Below the pieces are notes generated by a model that saw only the letters and a program-made list of their open reading frames with translations, did not search any database and was not told the origin of the DNA. DNA of 54,920 nt from an uncultured Clostridia bacterium (GTDB lineage Bacteria > Bacillota > Clostridia > Christensenellales > Borkfalkiaceae), in the NCBI GenBank assembly GCA_947589585.1, contig CANQCA010000001.1, forward strand, positions 1 through 54,920, given 5' to 3'. The stretch's first letter is position 1. Each line of letters starts with the position of its first letter. The position numbers and the translations under genes were made by a program. Shown here in pieces: positions 26,952-37,200 of the stretch.

Positions 26952-29573
26952 ATGGAGGAAACCATGAAAGACTTCATCGTAGACGGCGAGGAATCGCTGG
27001 AAAAATTGCTCGCGCGGGTGCGTGCCGCCCAGAGGAAATTTGCGACATATTCGCAGGAGCAGGTGGATGAAATTTTCTACCGCGCCGCGCTCGCCGCAAA
27101 TAAAATGCGTATCCCGCTCGCAAAAATGGCGGTGGAAGAGACGGGCATGGGCGTCGTCGAGGACAAGGTCATCAAAAACCACTATGCCTCGGAGTACATT
27201 TATAACGCCTACAAAAATACAAAGACGTGCGGCGTCATCGAGCATGACGAGGGGTTCGGCTTCACCCGCATTGCGGAGCCGATCGGCGTCATCGCCGCCA
27301 TCATCCCCACGACCAATCCCACCTCGACGGCCATCTTCAAGGCGCTCATCTGCCTGAAGACGCGAAACGGGCTCATCATTTCCCCGCACCCGCGGGCAAA
27401 GAGAAGCACGATCGAGGCGGCAAAGATCGTCCTCGATGCGGCAGTCAAGGCGGGTGCGCCCGAGGATATCATCGGCTGGATAGATTTTCCCACCGTCCCG
27501 CTCTCGGGTATGGTCATGCGCGAAGCGGACATGATCCTTGCGACGGGCGGCTCGGGAATGGTGAAGGCCGCCTATACTTCGGGGAAGCCCGCCCTCGGCG
27601 TCGGCGCGGGAAATACGCCCGCCGTCGTCGATTCCACGGCGGATATCCGTCTCGCTGCTTCTTCCATCCTGCACTCCAAGACCTTCGATAACGGCATGAT
27701 CTGCGCCTCCGAACAGTCCGTCATCGTGCTTTCGGATATCTACGACGCATTCAAGGCCGAGATGGCGCTGCGCGGCGCCTATTTCCTCACCGGGGAAGAG
27801 ACGGAAATGGTCAGACGCACCATGTTCATAAACGGCGGGCTCAATGCCCGCATCGTCGGACAGACGGCAAAGACGATTGCGAGCCTTTCCGGCTTCGAAG
27901 TTCCCGATAAGACGAAAGTGCTCGTCGGCGAAGTGGAGAGCGTGGATTTTTCCGAGCCCTTCGCACACGAAAAGCTCTCGCCCGTGCTCGCGATGTACAG
28001 GGCGGAAGACTTCAAAGACGCCGTCGCAAAGGCGGAGCACCTCATCGAGGACGGCGGGCTCGGGCATACTTCCTCGCTGTATGTCGACGTTCACGCCCAT
28101 CCCGAAAAGGTAGAATATTTCTCTTCTGTGCTCAAGACCTGCCGCATCGTCCTCAACACGCCCTCTTCGCACGGCGGCATCGGCGATCTCTATAACTTCA
28201 AATTTGCACCCTCACTCACCCTTGGTTGCGGATCTTGGGGCGGGAACTCCGTCTCCGAGAACGTGGGAGTCAAGCACCTCATCAATATCAAAACGGTAGC
28301 GGAAAGGAAGGAGAATATGCTTTGGTTCAAAACGCCCGAAAAGGTGTATTTCAAGCGCGGCTGCCTCGGCGTCGCCTTAAAAGAGCTTGGCGAAGAATAC
28401 GGCAAGAAGAAGGCTTTTATCGTCACGGATAAATTCCTCTTTGAGAGCGGATATACGAAGCGCGCGACGGACGTGCTCGACAGCCTCGGCATCATCCACG
28501 AGACCTACTTTGGCGTCACGCCCGATCCCACGCTCGCATGTGCCAACGAGGGGCTTGCCCGCATGCGGGAGTTCGCACCCGACGTCATCATCGCGATCGG
28601 GGGCGGTTCGCCCATGGACGCCGCCAAGATCATGTGGGTCATGTACGAACACCCCGACGTCGACTTCGAAGATATGGCAATGCGGTTTTCGGATATCCGC
28701 AAACGCATCTATAAGTTCCCGCATATGGGGGAGAAGGCGCTCTTTGTCGCCATTCCCACGACGGCGGGCACGGGGAGCGAAGTCACGCCCTTCGCCGTCA
28801 TCACCGACGAGAAGACGGGAGGGAAGTACCCGCTCGCCGACTACGAACTCATGCCGAATATGGCGATCGTCGACGCCGACCTCATGATGAGCATCCCGAA
28901 GGGGCTCACGGCGGCATCGGGCATCGACGCGCTGAGCCACGCCTTGGAGGCGATCGCCTCCACGATGGCGACGGACTTTACGAACGGCATCGCCAAGGAA
29001 GCGGCAAAACTCATCTTCGAATATCTGCCGCGCGCATACGAAAAGGGCGCGGACGATATAGAGGCGCGCGAGCGGATGGCGAATGCGGCGACGATGGCGG
29101 GCATGGCGTTTGCCAACGCCTTCCTCGGCGTGTGCCATTCGATGGCGCACAAGCTCGGGGCGTACTTCCATATCGCGCACGGCGTCGCAAACGCGCTCAT
29201 GCTCGAAGAGGTCATCCGCTTCAACAGCGCCGATGCTCCCACGAAGATGGGGACCTTTCCGCAGTACGCCTACCCGCAGTGCAAGGAGCGCTATGCAGAC
29301 CTTGCCCGCTACGTGGGACTCAAAGGGAAAACGGACGACGAGCTCGTGGAAAAGCTCATCGAAAAGGTCAAAAAGCTCCGCTCTGAGATCGGCATCCATG
29401 CGACCATCCGCGAGGAGCTGGAGGGGAAGTTCACCGAAGAGGATTTCCTCGGAAAACTCGACGAAATGTCGGAGGCTGCGTTCGACGACCAGTGCACGGG
29501 CGCCAATCCCCGCTACCCGCTCATTGAGGAAATTAGGGAAATGTATCTGAACGCCTATTACGGCAGGAAGTAA
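26952..29573 (+). CDS. adhE: bifunctional acetaldehyde-CoA / alcohol dehydrogenase
   Basis: 873 aa with an N-terminal ALDH domain and a C-terminal iron-ADH domain (GGGSPMDAAK, HSMAHKLG). The ATG at 26964 (GGAGG 5 nt upstream) is an equally good start. Confidence 0.93.
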   Translation: MEETMKDFIVDGEESLEKLLARVRAAQRKFATYSQEQVDEIFYRAALAANKMRIPLAKMAVEETGMGVVEDKVIKNHYASEYIYNAYKNTKTCGVIEHDEGFGFTRIAEPIGVIAAIIPTTNPTSTAIFKALICLKTRNGLIISPHPRAKRSTIEAAKIVLDAAVKAGAPEDIIGWIDFPTVPLSGMVMREADMILATGGSGMVKAAYTSGKPALGVGAGNTPAVVDSTADIRLAASSILHSKTFDNGMICASEQSVIVLSDIYDAFKAEMALRGAYFLTGEETEMVRRTMFINGGLNARIVGQTAKTIASLSGFEVPDKTKVLVGEVESVDFSEPFAHEKLSPVLAMYRAEDFKDAVAKAEHLIEDGGLGHTSSLYVDVHAHPEKVEYFSSVLKTCRIVLNTPSSHGGIGDLYNFKFAPSLTLGCGSWGGNSVSENVGVKHLINIKTVAERKENMLWFKTPEKVYFKRGCLGVALKELGEEYGKKKAFIVTDKFLFESGYTKRATDVLDSLGIIHETYFGVTPDPTLACANEGLARMREFAPDVIIAIGGGSPMDAAKIMWVMYEHPDVDFEDMAMRFSDIRKRIYKFPHMGEKALFVAIPTTAGTGSEVTPFAVITDEKTGGKYPLADYELMPNMAIVDADLMMSIPKGLTAASGIDALSHALEAIASTMATDFTNGIAKEAAKLIFEYLPRAYEKGADDIEARERMANAATMAGMAFANAFLGVCHSMAHKLGAYFHIAHGVANALMLEEVIRFNSADAPTKMGTFPQYAYPQCKERYADLARYVGLKGKTDDELVEKLIEKVKKLRSEIGIHATIREELEGKFTEEDFLGKLDEMSEAAFDDQCTGANPRYPLIEEIREMYLNAYYGRK

Positions 29574-29611
29574 AATGGGGGGAATATTTCTCGATATTCC
29601 GGCATTTGCAA

Positions 29612-29633
29612 AGTACTATGCGTGACATAGATA
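29612..29633 (+). repeat. copy d of the recurrent motif (AGTACTATGCGTGACATAGATA)
   Basis: Lies 39 nt after the adhE stop, between convergent adhE and rplI. Its central 5 nt are the reverse complement of those in copy b. Confidence 0.8.
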
Positions 29634-29650
29634 TTTGATCGAACTATAAG

Positions 29651-29679
29651 AAAAACGCCTCCAAAGAGGCGTTTTTTTA
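29651..29679. terminator. bidirectional intrinsic terminator between adhE and rplI
   Basis: AAAAACGCCTC-CAAA-GAGGCGTTTTTTT. Confidence 0.85.
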
Positions 29680-29690
29680 CAATATGATTT

Positions 29691-30137
29691 TTATTCGAGG
29701 GGAACGACGTGCACCTTGATCTTGGCGACGACGCCCTCCATAAACCGCACTTCGGCATCGTAGGTGCCGACGTTTTTGAGCGGTTCCTTCGTCGTGATGC
29801 GCTTTTTATCCACCTCGTAGCCGAGCTCCGAGAGGGCCGCAGCGATCTTATCCGTCGTGACCGAGCCGAACACTTTCCCGTTCTTGCCCGTGCGGATGGC
29901 GACCTTCACTTCGCTTCCGCCAAGCTTTGCCGCCTGCTCCTTGAGCGCCTTGATATTTTCCGCCTTGTGGAAGGCATCTGCCGTGCGCTTTTGTTCCACT
30001 TCGTTGATCCCGCTCGCCGTTGCGATCTCTGCGAGACTGCGCTTCAAAAGAAAATTTTTGGCAAATCCGTCGGAAACTTCAACGATCTCGCCCTTCTTGC
30101 CCGTGCCTTTTACGTCTGCCTTGAGGATAACTTTCAT
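29691..30137 (-). CDS. rplI: 50S ribosomal protein L9
   Basis: MKVILKADVKGTGKKGEIVEVSDGFAKNFLL... is the canonical L9 N-terminus; 148 aa. Confidence 0.93.
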   Translation of the reverse strand: MKVILKADVKGTGKKGEIVEVSDGFAKNFLLKRSLAEIATASGINEVEQKRTADAFHKAENIKALKEQAAKLGGSEVKVAIRTGKNGKVFGSVTTDKIAAALSELGYEVDKKRITTKEPLKNVGTYDAEVRFMEGVVAKIKVHVVPLE

Positions 30138-30235
30138 GATCTCCCTCCTTTTTCGTCATTTTACAAAATTTCCTCCCCGATGTCAAGATATTTTTTCGTA
30201 ATTTTGCGGATACTGACTTCAGAAGGAGGAAAGCC

Positions 30236-30388
30236 ATGAAAGAGGAAATGAACTCGGGCGTCACCTGCGGCGTCGTCGATTGTGCGTTCAACTCAGACGG
30301 CATGCGTTGCAAGCTCGACAAGATCCATGTGGGCAATACCTGCGACTGCGAGCACTGCACCTGCTGCGACAGCTTCCAAAGAAGATAA
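30236..30388 (+). CDS. DUF1540-like small cysteine-rich protein (50 aa, below the ORF-track cutoff)
   Basis: MKEEMNSGVTCGVVDCAFNSDGMRCKLDKIHVGNTCDCEHCTCCDSFQRR. AAGGAGGA lies at 30223-30230, 5 nt before the ATG, and a terminator follows. Confidence 0.7.
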   Translation: MKEEMNSGVTCGVVDCAFNSDGMRCKLDKIHVGNTCDCEHCTCCDSFQRR

Positions 30389-30395
30389 GGAAAGG

Positions 30396-30419
30396 GGAGA
30401 GCGAAATGCTCTCCTTTTT
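30396..30419 (+). terminator. intrinsic terminator after the DUF1540 gene
   Basis: GGAGAGC-GAAAT-GCTCTCC followed by TTTTT. Confidence 0.8.
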
Positions 30420-30430
30420 CCTGGACTTCG

Positions 30431-30530
30431 TATGAGGGGATCCTTCGAGGATGCACTTTTGCGGACTGCGTATAGCCATTTTGGCTCAGGATGACGCGTT
30501 TGACAAGTCTGAAAGGCAGGATGACGCGTT
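30431..30530 (+). repeat. short interspersed repeat, locus A
   Basis: TATGAGGGGATCC (30431-30443) and GGATGACGCGTTTGACAAG (30489-30507) recur at 49081-49130. CAGGATGACGCGTT is duplicated at 30487 and 30517. Confidence 0.7.
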
Positions 30531-30734
30531 ATTTTTTGCCCCGGAATGACAGCGAATAAACATGTATAATGTGAGCTTAGTTGCACATGCTTTTTTCAGC
30601 GGGCGACCGCTTTCAGATAAAGTTTTTGCGTTTGCAGATATTGCAGGGCAAAAACGCGGAGGGGCTGCATATTTTGCGGCCTCTCTTGCGTGAGAGGAGC
30701 ATGCGCGGGCAAAAAAATACATAGAATATCGCGT

Positions 30735-31646
30735 ATGAAAGCGAAGTTTTCTCTGCGCATGCTATCTGCCGCCCTGTGCTATATTCTCATCGCGGCAGTT
30801 TTCTTCTGCTTACTTTTTTGGCCGGAAGGGAATACGGAGGAAGATACACAAAAGCGCGTTCTGACTATTTGGAACGTCGATACCTTCGAGGGGGGAAAGG
30901 GTTCGCGCACGGCATTTTTGCGAAAGATCGCCCGCAAGGCGGAAAAGAAGCGAGACGGCGTCTATTTCCTTGTGACATCCTATACCCCGGAGGGAGCGGA
31001 AGCGGCTCTTCTTTCCGGCAACGTGCCCGATCTTCTCTCCTTCGGCTTGGGACTTTCATCGTTTGCGGAGAAGAGTTTTCCTCTTCCCTACGATTTTGCG
31101 GGCGGGAAGGTGGGGAGCGAATGCCTCGCCGTCCCTTGGTGCATGGGCGGCTACTATCTCTTTTCGCTTTCCGATGAATTCGAGGAAGCGGGGAGCGCCG
31201 CGATCTCGGCGGGCGGTGCAAATCTCGGTGTTCTCTCTGCGGCCTGTGAGGGACTACACGGGGAAGAAGTGGACTCCCAGGCCGCCTATGTGGGGTTCTT
31301 AAGCGGAAAGTATCGCTATCTTCTCGGGACTCAGCGGGATATCTGCCGCTTCCTATCGCGCGGGGCGACCGTCTACAGCCGCCCGCTTTTAAGATACAAC
31401 GACCTTTTCCAATACATATCCATTACAAAGAGCGATCACATGGAGGACGCACTTGCCTTCCTTACGGAGCTTCTCTCCGAGGAGACGAAAAGCTCTCTCT
31501 CCGAAATCGGCATGTCGCCCGCAGAGGCGGGCGGGGAGACGAAAACGCCGTGCGTTTTTACGGATAAAGAGGCACTCTCCCGCCTTCATGCGATGTGTGC
31601 GGAAGGGGATCTGAAAAATCTCGACAAATTTCTGAAAACCATTTGA
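30735..31646 (+). CDS. hypothetical membrane-anchored protein
   Basis: 303 aa with an N-terminal TM (LSAALCYILIAAVFFCLLFW). No family was recognised. Track ORF 30690 was trimmed to the ATG at 30735. Confidence 0.6.
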   Translation: MKAKFSLRMLSAALCYILIAAVFFCLLFWPEGNTEEDTQKRVLTIWNVDTFEGGKGSRTAFLRKIARKAEKKRDGVYFLVTSYTPEGAEAALLSGNVPDLLSFGLGLSSFAEKSFPLPYDFAGGKVGSECLAVPWCMGGYYLFSLSDEFEEAGSAAISAGGANLGVLSAACEGLHGEEVDSQAAYVGFLSGKYRYLLGTQRDICRFLSRGATVYSRPLLRYNDLFQYISITKSDHMEDALAFLTELLSEETKSSLSEIGMSPAEAGGETKTPCVFTDKEALSRLHAMCAEGDLKNLDKFLKTI

Positions 31647-31686
31647 AATCATGCGGGAAATATGGTAGAATGAAAGGAGCAATGCA

Positions 31687-32568
31687 TTGAACATTTCCGC
31701 CCTTCTTTGCGAACACCTTCGCGGGCTCTGTCTCGAGGAAAATTTCAGCTTTGCGCGGCATACGACGATCGGCTGCGGCGGCTCGGCCTCTGTTTGCGCC
31801 TATCCCCAAGATCGGGAGGAGCTTTTCTGTCTCCTCAAAATTTTGAAAAATCACGGTATACCCTACTGCTTTTTGGGGGCGGGGGCGAACGTTTTGCCCG
31901 CGGACTGCCCTTTTGAGGGCGTTGTCATCCGCTTTATGAGGTTTTCTTCTATCGAACAAGATGGGGAAGAGGTGCTCTGCGGCGCAGGCGTGACCGCGGG
32001 AGAGCTCCTTCGCTTCACGGAGGAGAGGGGGCTCGGCGGGTTGGAATTTCTGACGGGAATCCCCGCTTCCATGGGGGGCGCCGTCGTCATGAATGCGGGC
32101 GTGAAGGAGCGGCACCTTTCGGATATCGTGCAGACCGTTTATGCCGTGGAAGGGGGCAAGGCGCGTAGTTTTCCCCGAAATGAATGTGATTTTTCCGAGA
32201 AACGCAGCATTTTTCAAAGCGGCATTGCCGTCACCCATTTGCGTCTCAAGGCAGCGCATACGCCGCGAGAGGAAATTCTCGAAAGGAAGGCGTACTTCCG
32301 CGCAAAACGCGCCCATCTTCCCAAGGGGCGCAGCATGGGTTGCGTGTTCGTCAATCCCGCAGGTGCGTCTGCGGGGGAGATCATAGACCGTTGCGGCTTG
32401 AAAGGGCTGTCTCGCGGCGGGGCCTTCGTCTCGCGGGAGCATGCGAACTTTATCATCAACCGCGGCGGGACCTCCGAGGATATCCAAACGCTCATCCGCC
32501 TTATCAAGGTGAGGGTCTTTTCCAAGACGGGGATCCGCCTTCGCGAGGAGATAAGGTACATTCCATAG
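31687..32568 (+). CDS. murB: UDP-N-acetylenolpyruvoylglucosamine reductase
   Basis: HTTIGCGGSA..., LGAGANVL, GIPASMGGAVVMNAG, GCVFVNP motifs. TTG start with AAAGGAG upstream. Confidence 0.88.
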   Translation: MNISALLCEHLRGLCLEENFSFARHTTIGCGGSASVCAYPQDREELFCLLKILKNHGIPYCFLGAGANVLPADCPFEGVVIRFMRFSSIEQDGEEVLCGAGVTAGELLRFTEERGLGGLEFLTGIPASMGGAVVMNAGVKERHLSDIVQTVYAVEGGKARSFPRNECDFSEKRSIFQSGIAVTHLRLKAAHTPREEILERKAYFRAKRAHLPKGRSMGCVFVNPAGASAGEIIDRCGLKGLSRGGAFVSREHANFIINRGGTSEDIQTLIRLIKVRVFSKTGIRLREEIRYIP

Positions 32569-32583
32569 TTAAGAAGAATACAT

Positions 32584-33354
32584 ATGAGACTTACGGCAGA
32601 TTTTCATACACATACGCCCTATTCGCACGGGGAGGGGACGGTGCTCGAAAACGCGGCCCGTGCAAAGGAGCTCGGGCTTCTCGCCGTGGGCATCACCGAC
32701 CACGGCTTTTCGCATAAGTGTTTTGCCCTGAATCGGAAGGAAGTCCCTGCCCTCATCAAAGACTGCAGAGAGGCGGAGGAGAAGACGGGGATCAAAGTCC
32801 TCGTCGGCATGGAGAGCAACATCCGCGGTGTCTCGGGCCTTTGCGACCTCACCGAGAAGGATTACGAGAATTTCGACCTCTTTCTCGCAGGCATCCATAT
32901 CATCATCAGATACGAACACTTCTCCGACCGCAAGTTGGGTTGGGGAAATTGGGCGCGTAAAAAGTTCAACATGAAGCCTTCCGCATCGCTTGTAAAGGAG
33001 ACGACGAAGGCTTATATCCATGCCATCGAAAAAAATCCCGTCGATATTCTCACCCATCTCAACTACGGATGTATGGCAGATGTCCGGGAAGTCGCCAAGT
33101 GCTGCCGCGACTATGGGACCTATCTCGAGCTCAATTCCAAGAAAAATCATCTTACGGACGAAGAGCTCTTTTCCGTCGCCCAAACGGGGGTGCGGTTCGT
33201 CGTGGATTCGGACGCCCATTCCTCTTCGCGCGTGGGTGATACCCTGCTCGTCGAAGAGCAGATCGCGCGCGTCGGGTTGGACCGAAGCCTCATCGACAAT
33301 ATCGAAGGCCGTTATCCGAGGTTCCGCTTTGCGGAATACAAAAAACACATGTGA
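32584..33354 (+). CDS. PHP-domain phosphoesterase
   Basis: MRLTADFHTHTPYSHG...GITDHG... and a C-terminal DSDAH, characteristic PHP metal ligands. Confidence 0.8.
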   Translation: MRLTADFHTHTPYSHGEGTVLENAARAKELGLLAVGITDHGFSHKCFALNRKEVPALIKDCREAEEKTGIKVLVGMESNIRGVSGLCDLTEKDYENFDLFLAGIHIIIRYEHFSDRKLGWGNWARKKFNMKPSASLVKETTKAYIHAIEKNPVDILTHLNYGCMADVREVAKCCRDYGTYLELNSKKNHLTDEELFSVAQTGVRFVVDSDAHSSSRVGDTLLVEEQIARVGLDRSLIDNIEGRYPRFRFAEYKKHM

Positions 33355-33366
33355 GGGGGGGCATCT

Positions 33367-34254
33367 GTGAACTTTTCCAGCGAGATCAGAAGGGAGCTCA
33401 TGCGGAACGTCCCCAAAAAACGTTGCTGCGATCTCGCCCTTTTACGCGCCTTTCTCGATACGAGCGGGACGATCGCGCAGGGGCGCGGAGGAGGGTTTTC
33501 CTTCACGAGCGAAAACGAGGATATCGCCGGATACATGCTCGGCATCGTCGAAAAACTCTTCTGCGTCCGGATGACGGTGGAAGGGGCGGTACGTGACCCC
33601 AAGCACGGGCGGGACAAGCTCACCTTTTCCTATCGCGGCGAGGGTGGCGCGGCCTTTGCGGAGGAACTTTTGAATGCGCGTCTTCTTCCCTGTTGCGAGC
33701 AGGCGTATCTTCGCGGGGCATATCTCGGGAGCGGCAGCTGTACCCTTCCCCGCGGCGACAGTAAGACGGGCTATCATCTCGAATTTGTCTTTCGCACGAG
33801 GGAGCGCGCCCTTGCCCTTCTCGAGATCCTCGACGGGCTGCAGCTCATCGGGAGCATCGTAAAGCGGGGGGAAAAGAGCGTCGTCTATTGCAAGTCGCGG
33901 GAGGCAATCGCCGATTTTCTCTCCGTCGTCGGGGCGGAGGGGGCGCTGAAAACGCTCGAGGATGTCTCCGCCGTCCGTGAGGAAAATAATCAGGAGAACC
34001 GCGTGCTCAACTGCCTTGCAGGCAATGCCGACCGTGCGGCTATGGCCAGCGCGGAGCAGACCGTCGCCTTTGCTCATCTCAAAAAGACGGGGCTTTTGCT
34101 GTCGCTTCCCGAGCCCCTTCGCGCGGCTGCGGAGGGACGCCTTCTTTATCCCACACTCTCGCTTGCGGAGCTTGCGGAAAAGCTCTCCGTCTCCAAGAGC
34201 TGCCTCAACCACCGCATCAGAAAACTCATGCAAATTTATACGGAACACCTATGA
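33367..34254 (+). CDS. whiA: DNA-binding protein WhiA
   Basis: FSSEIRRELMRNVPKKRCC..LALLRAF, a LAGLIDADG-like middle domain, and a C-terminal HTH (LSLAELAEKLSVSKSCLNHRIRKL). GTG start. Confidence 0.88.
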   Translation: MNFSSEIRRELMRNVPKKRCCDLALLRAFLDTSGTIAQGRGGGFSFTSENEDIAGYMLGIVEKLFCVRMTVEGAVRDPKHGRDKLTFSYRGEGGAAFAEELLNARLLPCCEQAYLRGAYLGSGSCTLPRGDSKTGYHLEFVFRTRERALALLEILDGLQLIGSIVKRGEKSVVYCKSREAIADFLSVVGAEGALKTLEDVSAVREENNQENRVLNCLAGNADRAAMASAEQTVAFAHLKKTGLLLSLPEPLRAAAEGRLLYPTLSLAELAEKLSVSKSCLNHRIRKLMQIYTEHL

Positions 34255-37200
34255 CAGATTTTGTACATTTACATCTCCATACAGAATACAGCCTCCTCGA
34301 CGGCGCAGTCAAGGTGGACGATCTCGTGCGCCATTGCAAAGCGAACAATATCGACACCGTCGCCGTCACCGACCACGGCAACATGTATGCCTCTTTGAAA
34401 TTTGCCGAGAAGTGCAAGAAAAATAAGATCAAGGCGATCATCGGCTGTGAGTTCTACGTCGTCGACGACTACAGGAAGCATATCGACCAGCACGCCGACC
34501 ATCTCATCCTTCTCGCAAAGAACAAGGCGGGGTATATCAACCTCGTCCAGCTCGATAGTTTGGCGTTCGTGGACGGCTATTACTACCGCCCGCGCATCGA
34601 CTACACCGTCCTTAAAGAGCATACCGAAGGGGTCATCTGCCTCTCCGCCTGCCTCGCGGGGCGCATCCCGCGCCTTCTGATGGCGGGGGAATATGAGAAG
34701 GCAAAGGAGTTCGCACTCTACCTTCAGAGCCTTTTCGGCGAAGATTTCTATATCGAGATACAGGATCACGGCATTCCCGAACAGAGACAGATCCTTCCCG
34801 ACCTTGTGCGCATCGCCCGTGAGATCGGGGCGCAGATCGTCGCCACCAACGACGTGCATTATCTCAAAAAAGAAGATTGGGAGATGCAGGATATCCTTCT
34901 CTGCATCCAGACCAAGCGCACCCTCGACGATCCCGCCCGCATGAAGATGCAGACGCATGAGTTCTATATGAAGTCGGGCGACGAGATGGCAGCCATCTTC
35001 AAGGACTATCCCGAAGCCATCTCCAACACCCGCGTCATTGCCGATAAAGTTTCGGATACGGATACGCCCTTCAACCTCAAAGAGGACGGAAATCCCGTCT
35101 ACGATAAATCGCTCATTCCGCTCTATACGGCGGACGACGGCACGCCCTCGCCCGAATATCTCACCCGCCTTACGTGGGAAGGGCTTCCCAAGCGCTACGA
35201 AGTTATCACGGACGAAATTCGCAAACGGGCGGAATACGAACTTGATATCATCATCAAGATGGGGTTTGCCGATTACTTCCTCATCGTCTGGGACTATATC
35301 AACTGGTCTCGCCTCAACGATATCCCCGTGGGGCCGGGGCGGGGCTCGGGCGTCGGGAGCATCGTCGCCTATGCCATCGGTATCACGAGCGTGGATCCCC
35401 TGCGCTACGATCTCCTCTTCGAGAGATTTCTCAACCCCGACCGCGTCTCCATGCCCGATTTCGACGTCGATTTCTGCACCGAGAGAAGGGGGGAGACCAT
35501 CGAATACGTGCGCAAGCGCTATCACCCCGAAAACGTGGCGCAGATCGTCACGTTCGGAACGCTGAAGTCCCGCGCCGTCATCAAGGACGTGGGGCGGGTC
35601 ATGCGGATTCCCTATTCCGAAGTCAACCGCGTCACCAAGGTCATGGACGGGAAATCCACCATCCGAGAACTTTTAGGGCTCGACCTCGAAGAGCTTCGCG
35701 CCAAAGCGGAGAAGGCAAAGCTCGCCGCGGATGAGGCGGAACGGAGCAGTCCCGACGACGAGGCGAAGATCGCCGACCTCAAGGGGAAATACGATGAGGC
35801 GGTGAAAAAGTTCACGGAGACGGAGGGGAAGCGTAATCCCGAGTTCATCGAGATCTATGGCTCGGATGCGCTCCTCAAAGAGGTCATCGACATGGGCTTG
35901 AAGCTCGAAGGGATGCCGCGCAACACCTCCATGCACGCCGCCGGCGTCGTCATCTGCCGCAAAAAGATCGCCGACAATGTTCCGCTCTCGCGAAACGGCG
36001 AGGATATCACCACGCAGTTCGACATGAAGGAGGTCGAGTCCATCGGCATGCTCAAGATGGACTTTTTGGCGCTCGCGACGCTCACCGATATCAAAAAGGC
36101 GTGTGACTATATCTATGAAGATACGGGAAGGCGCATCGAATTCGATCAGGCATGCGACGATCCCAAGGCCTACGCGCTCATCGCAGAGGGGGATACCGAT
36201 GCCGTGTTCCAGCTTGAACAAGGGGGGATGAAGCGGTTCATGAAACAGCTTCAGCCCACCTGTCTCGAGGATCTCATCGCAGGCATTTCTCTCTACCGCC
36301 CGGGGCCCATGGACTTCATTCCCGCATACCTCAAAAACAGGGAGGATCCCGCCCACATCAAATATCTCACGCCCCTTCTGAGACCCATCCTCGAAAAGAC
36401 TTACGGCGTCATCATCTACCAGGAGCAGGTCATGCAGATCTTCCAGAATCTTGCGGGCTATTCCTTGGGGCAGGCAGACCTCGTCCGAAGGGCAATGGCG
36501 AAAAAGCACCTCTCCGAGCTGATGGCGCAAAAGGATAAGTTCATTCACGGAGATATCGATAAGGGGGGGAACATCACGGGGTGTGCCTCCAAGGGCATTC
36601 CCGAGGACGTCGCAAAGGAGCTTTTCGCCCAGATGGAGAGTTTCGCCTCCTACGCCTTCAACAAATCACATGCGGCCGCCTATGCCGTCGTCACCTACCA
36701 GACGGCCTATCTCAAAAAATATTATCCCAAAGAATTTTTGGCGGGTGTGCTCAATAACCGTATCGGCAAGATCGAAGAGATCGCCAAGTACGTCGTCTAC
36801 ATGAAGGAAAAGAACATCCCCGTCTACCCGCCCGACGTCAACGAATCCAAGGTCTATTTCTCCGTACAGGGCGGGGGGATCCGCTTCGGCCTGTGTGCCC
36901 TGCGCGGGGTGGGTCTCGGCGCGATGGAGGGCGTTATCGAGGAGCGGGAGAAGCACGGGAAATTCAAGGATTTCCCCGATTTCCTCATGCGCTGTACCAA
37001 GTTCTGCAACCGCCGCATGGTGGAGAGCCTCATCTTCGGCGGCGCGTTCGACGGCATGGGCTATAAACGTTCGCAATACAACGCCGTTTACGAAGAGCTC
37101 ATGCGGCGCATCGCGGGCATGGATAAGCAGAAGGGCAGTGCGCAGATCTCGCTCTTCGGCGATATCATCGAAGAAGAGGCGCCCGAGGCCGAGTATCCGA

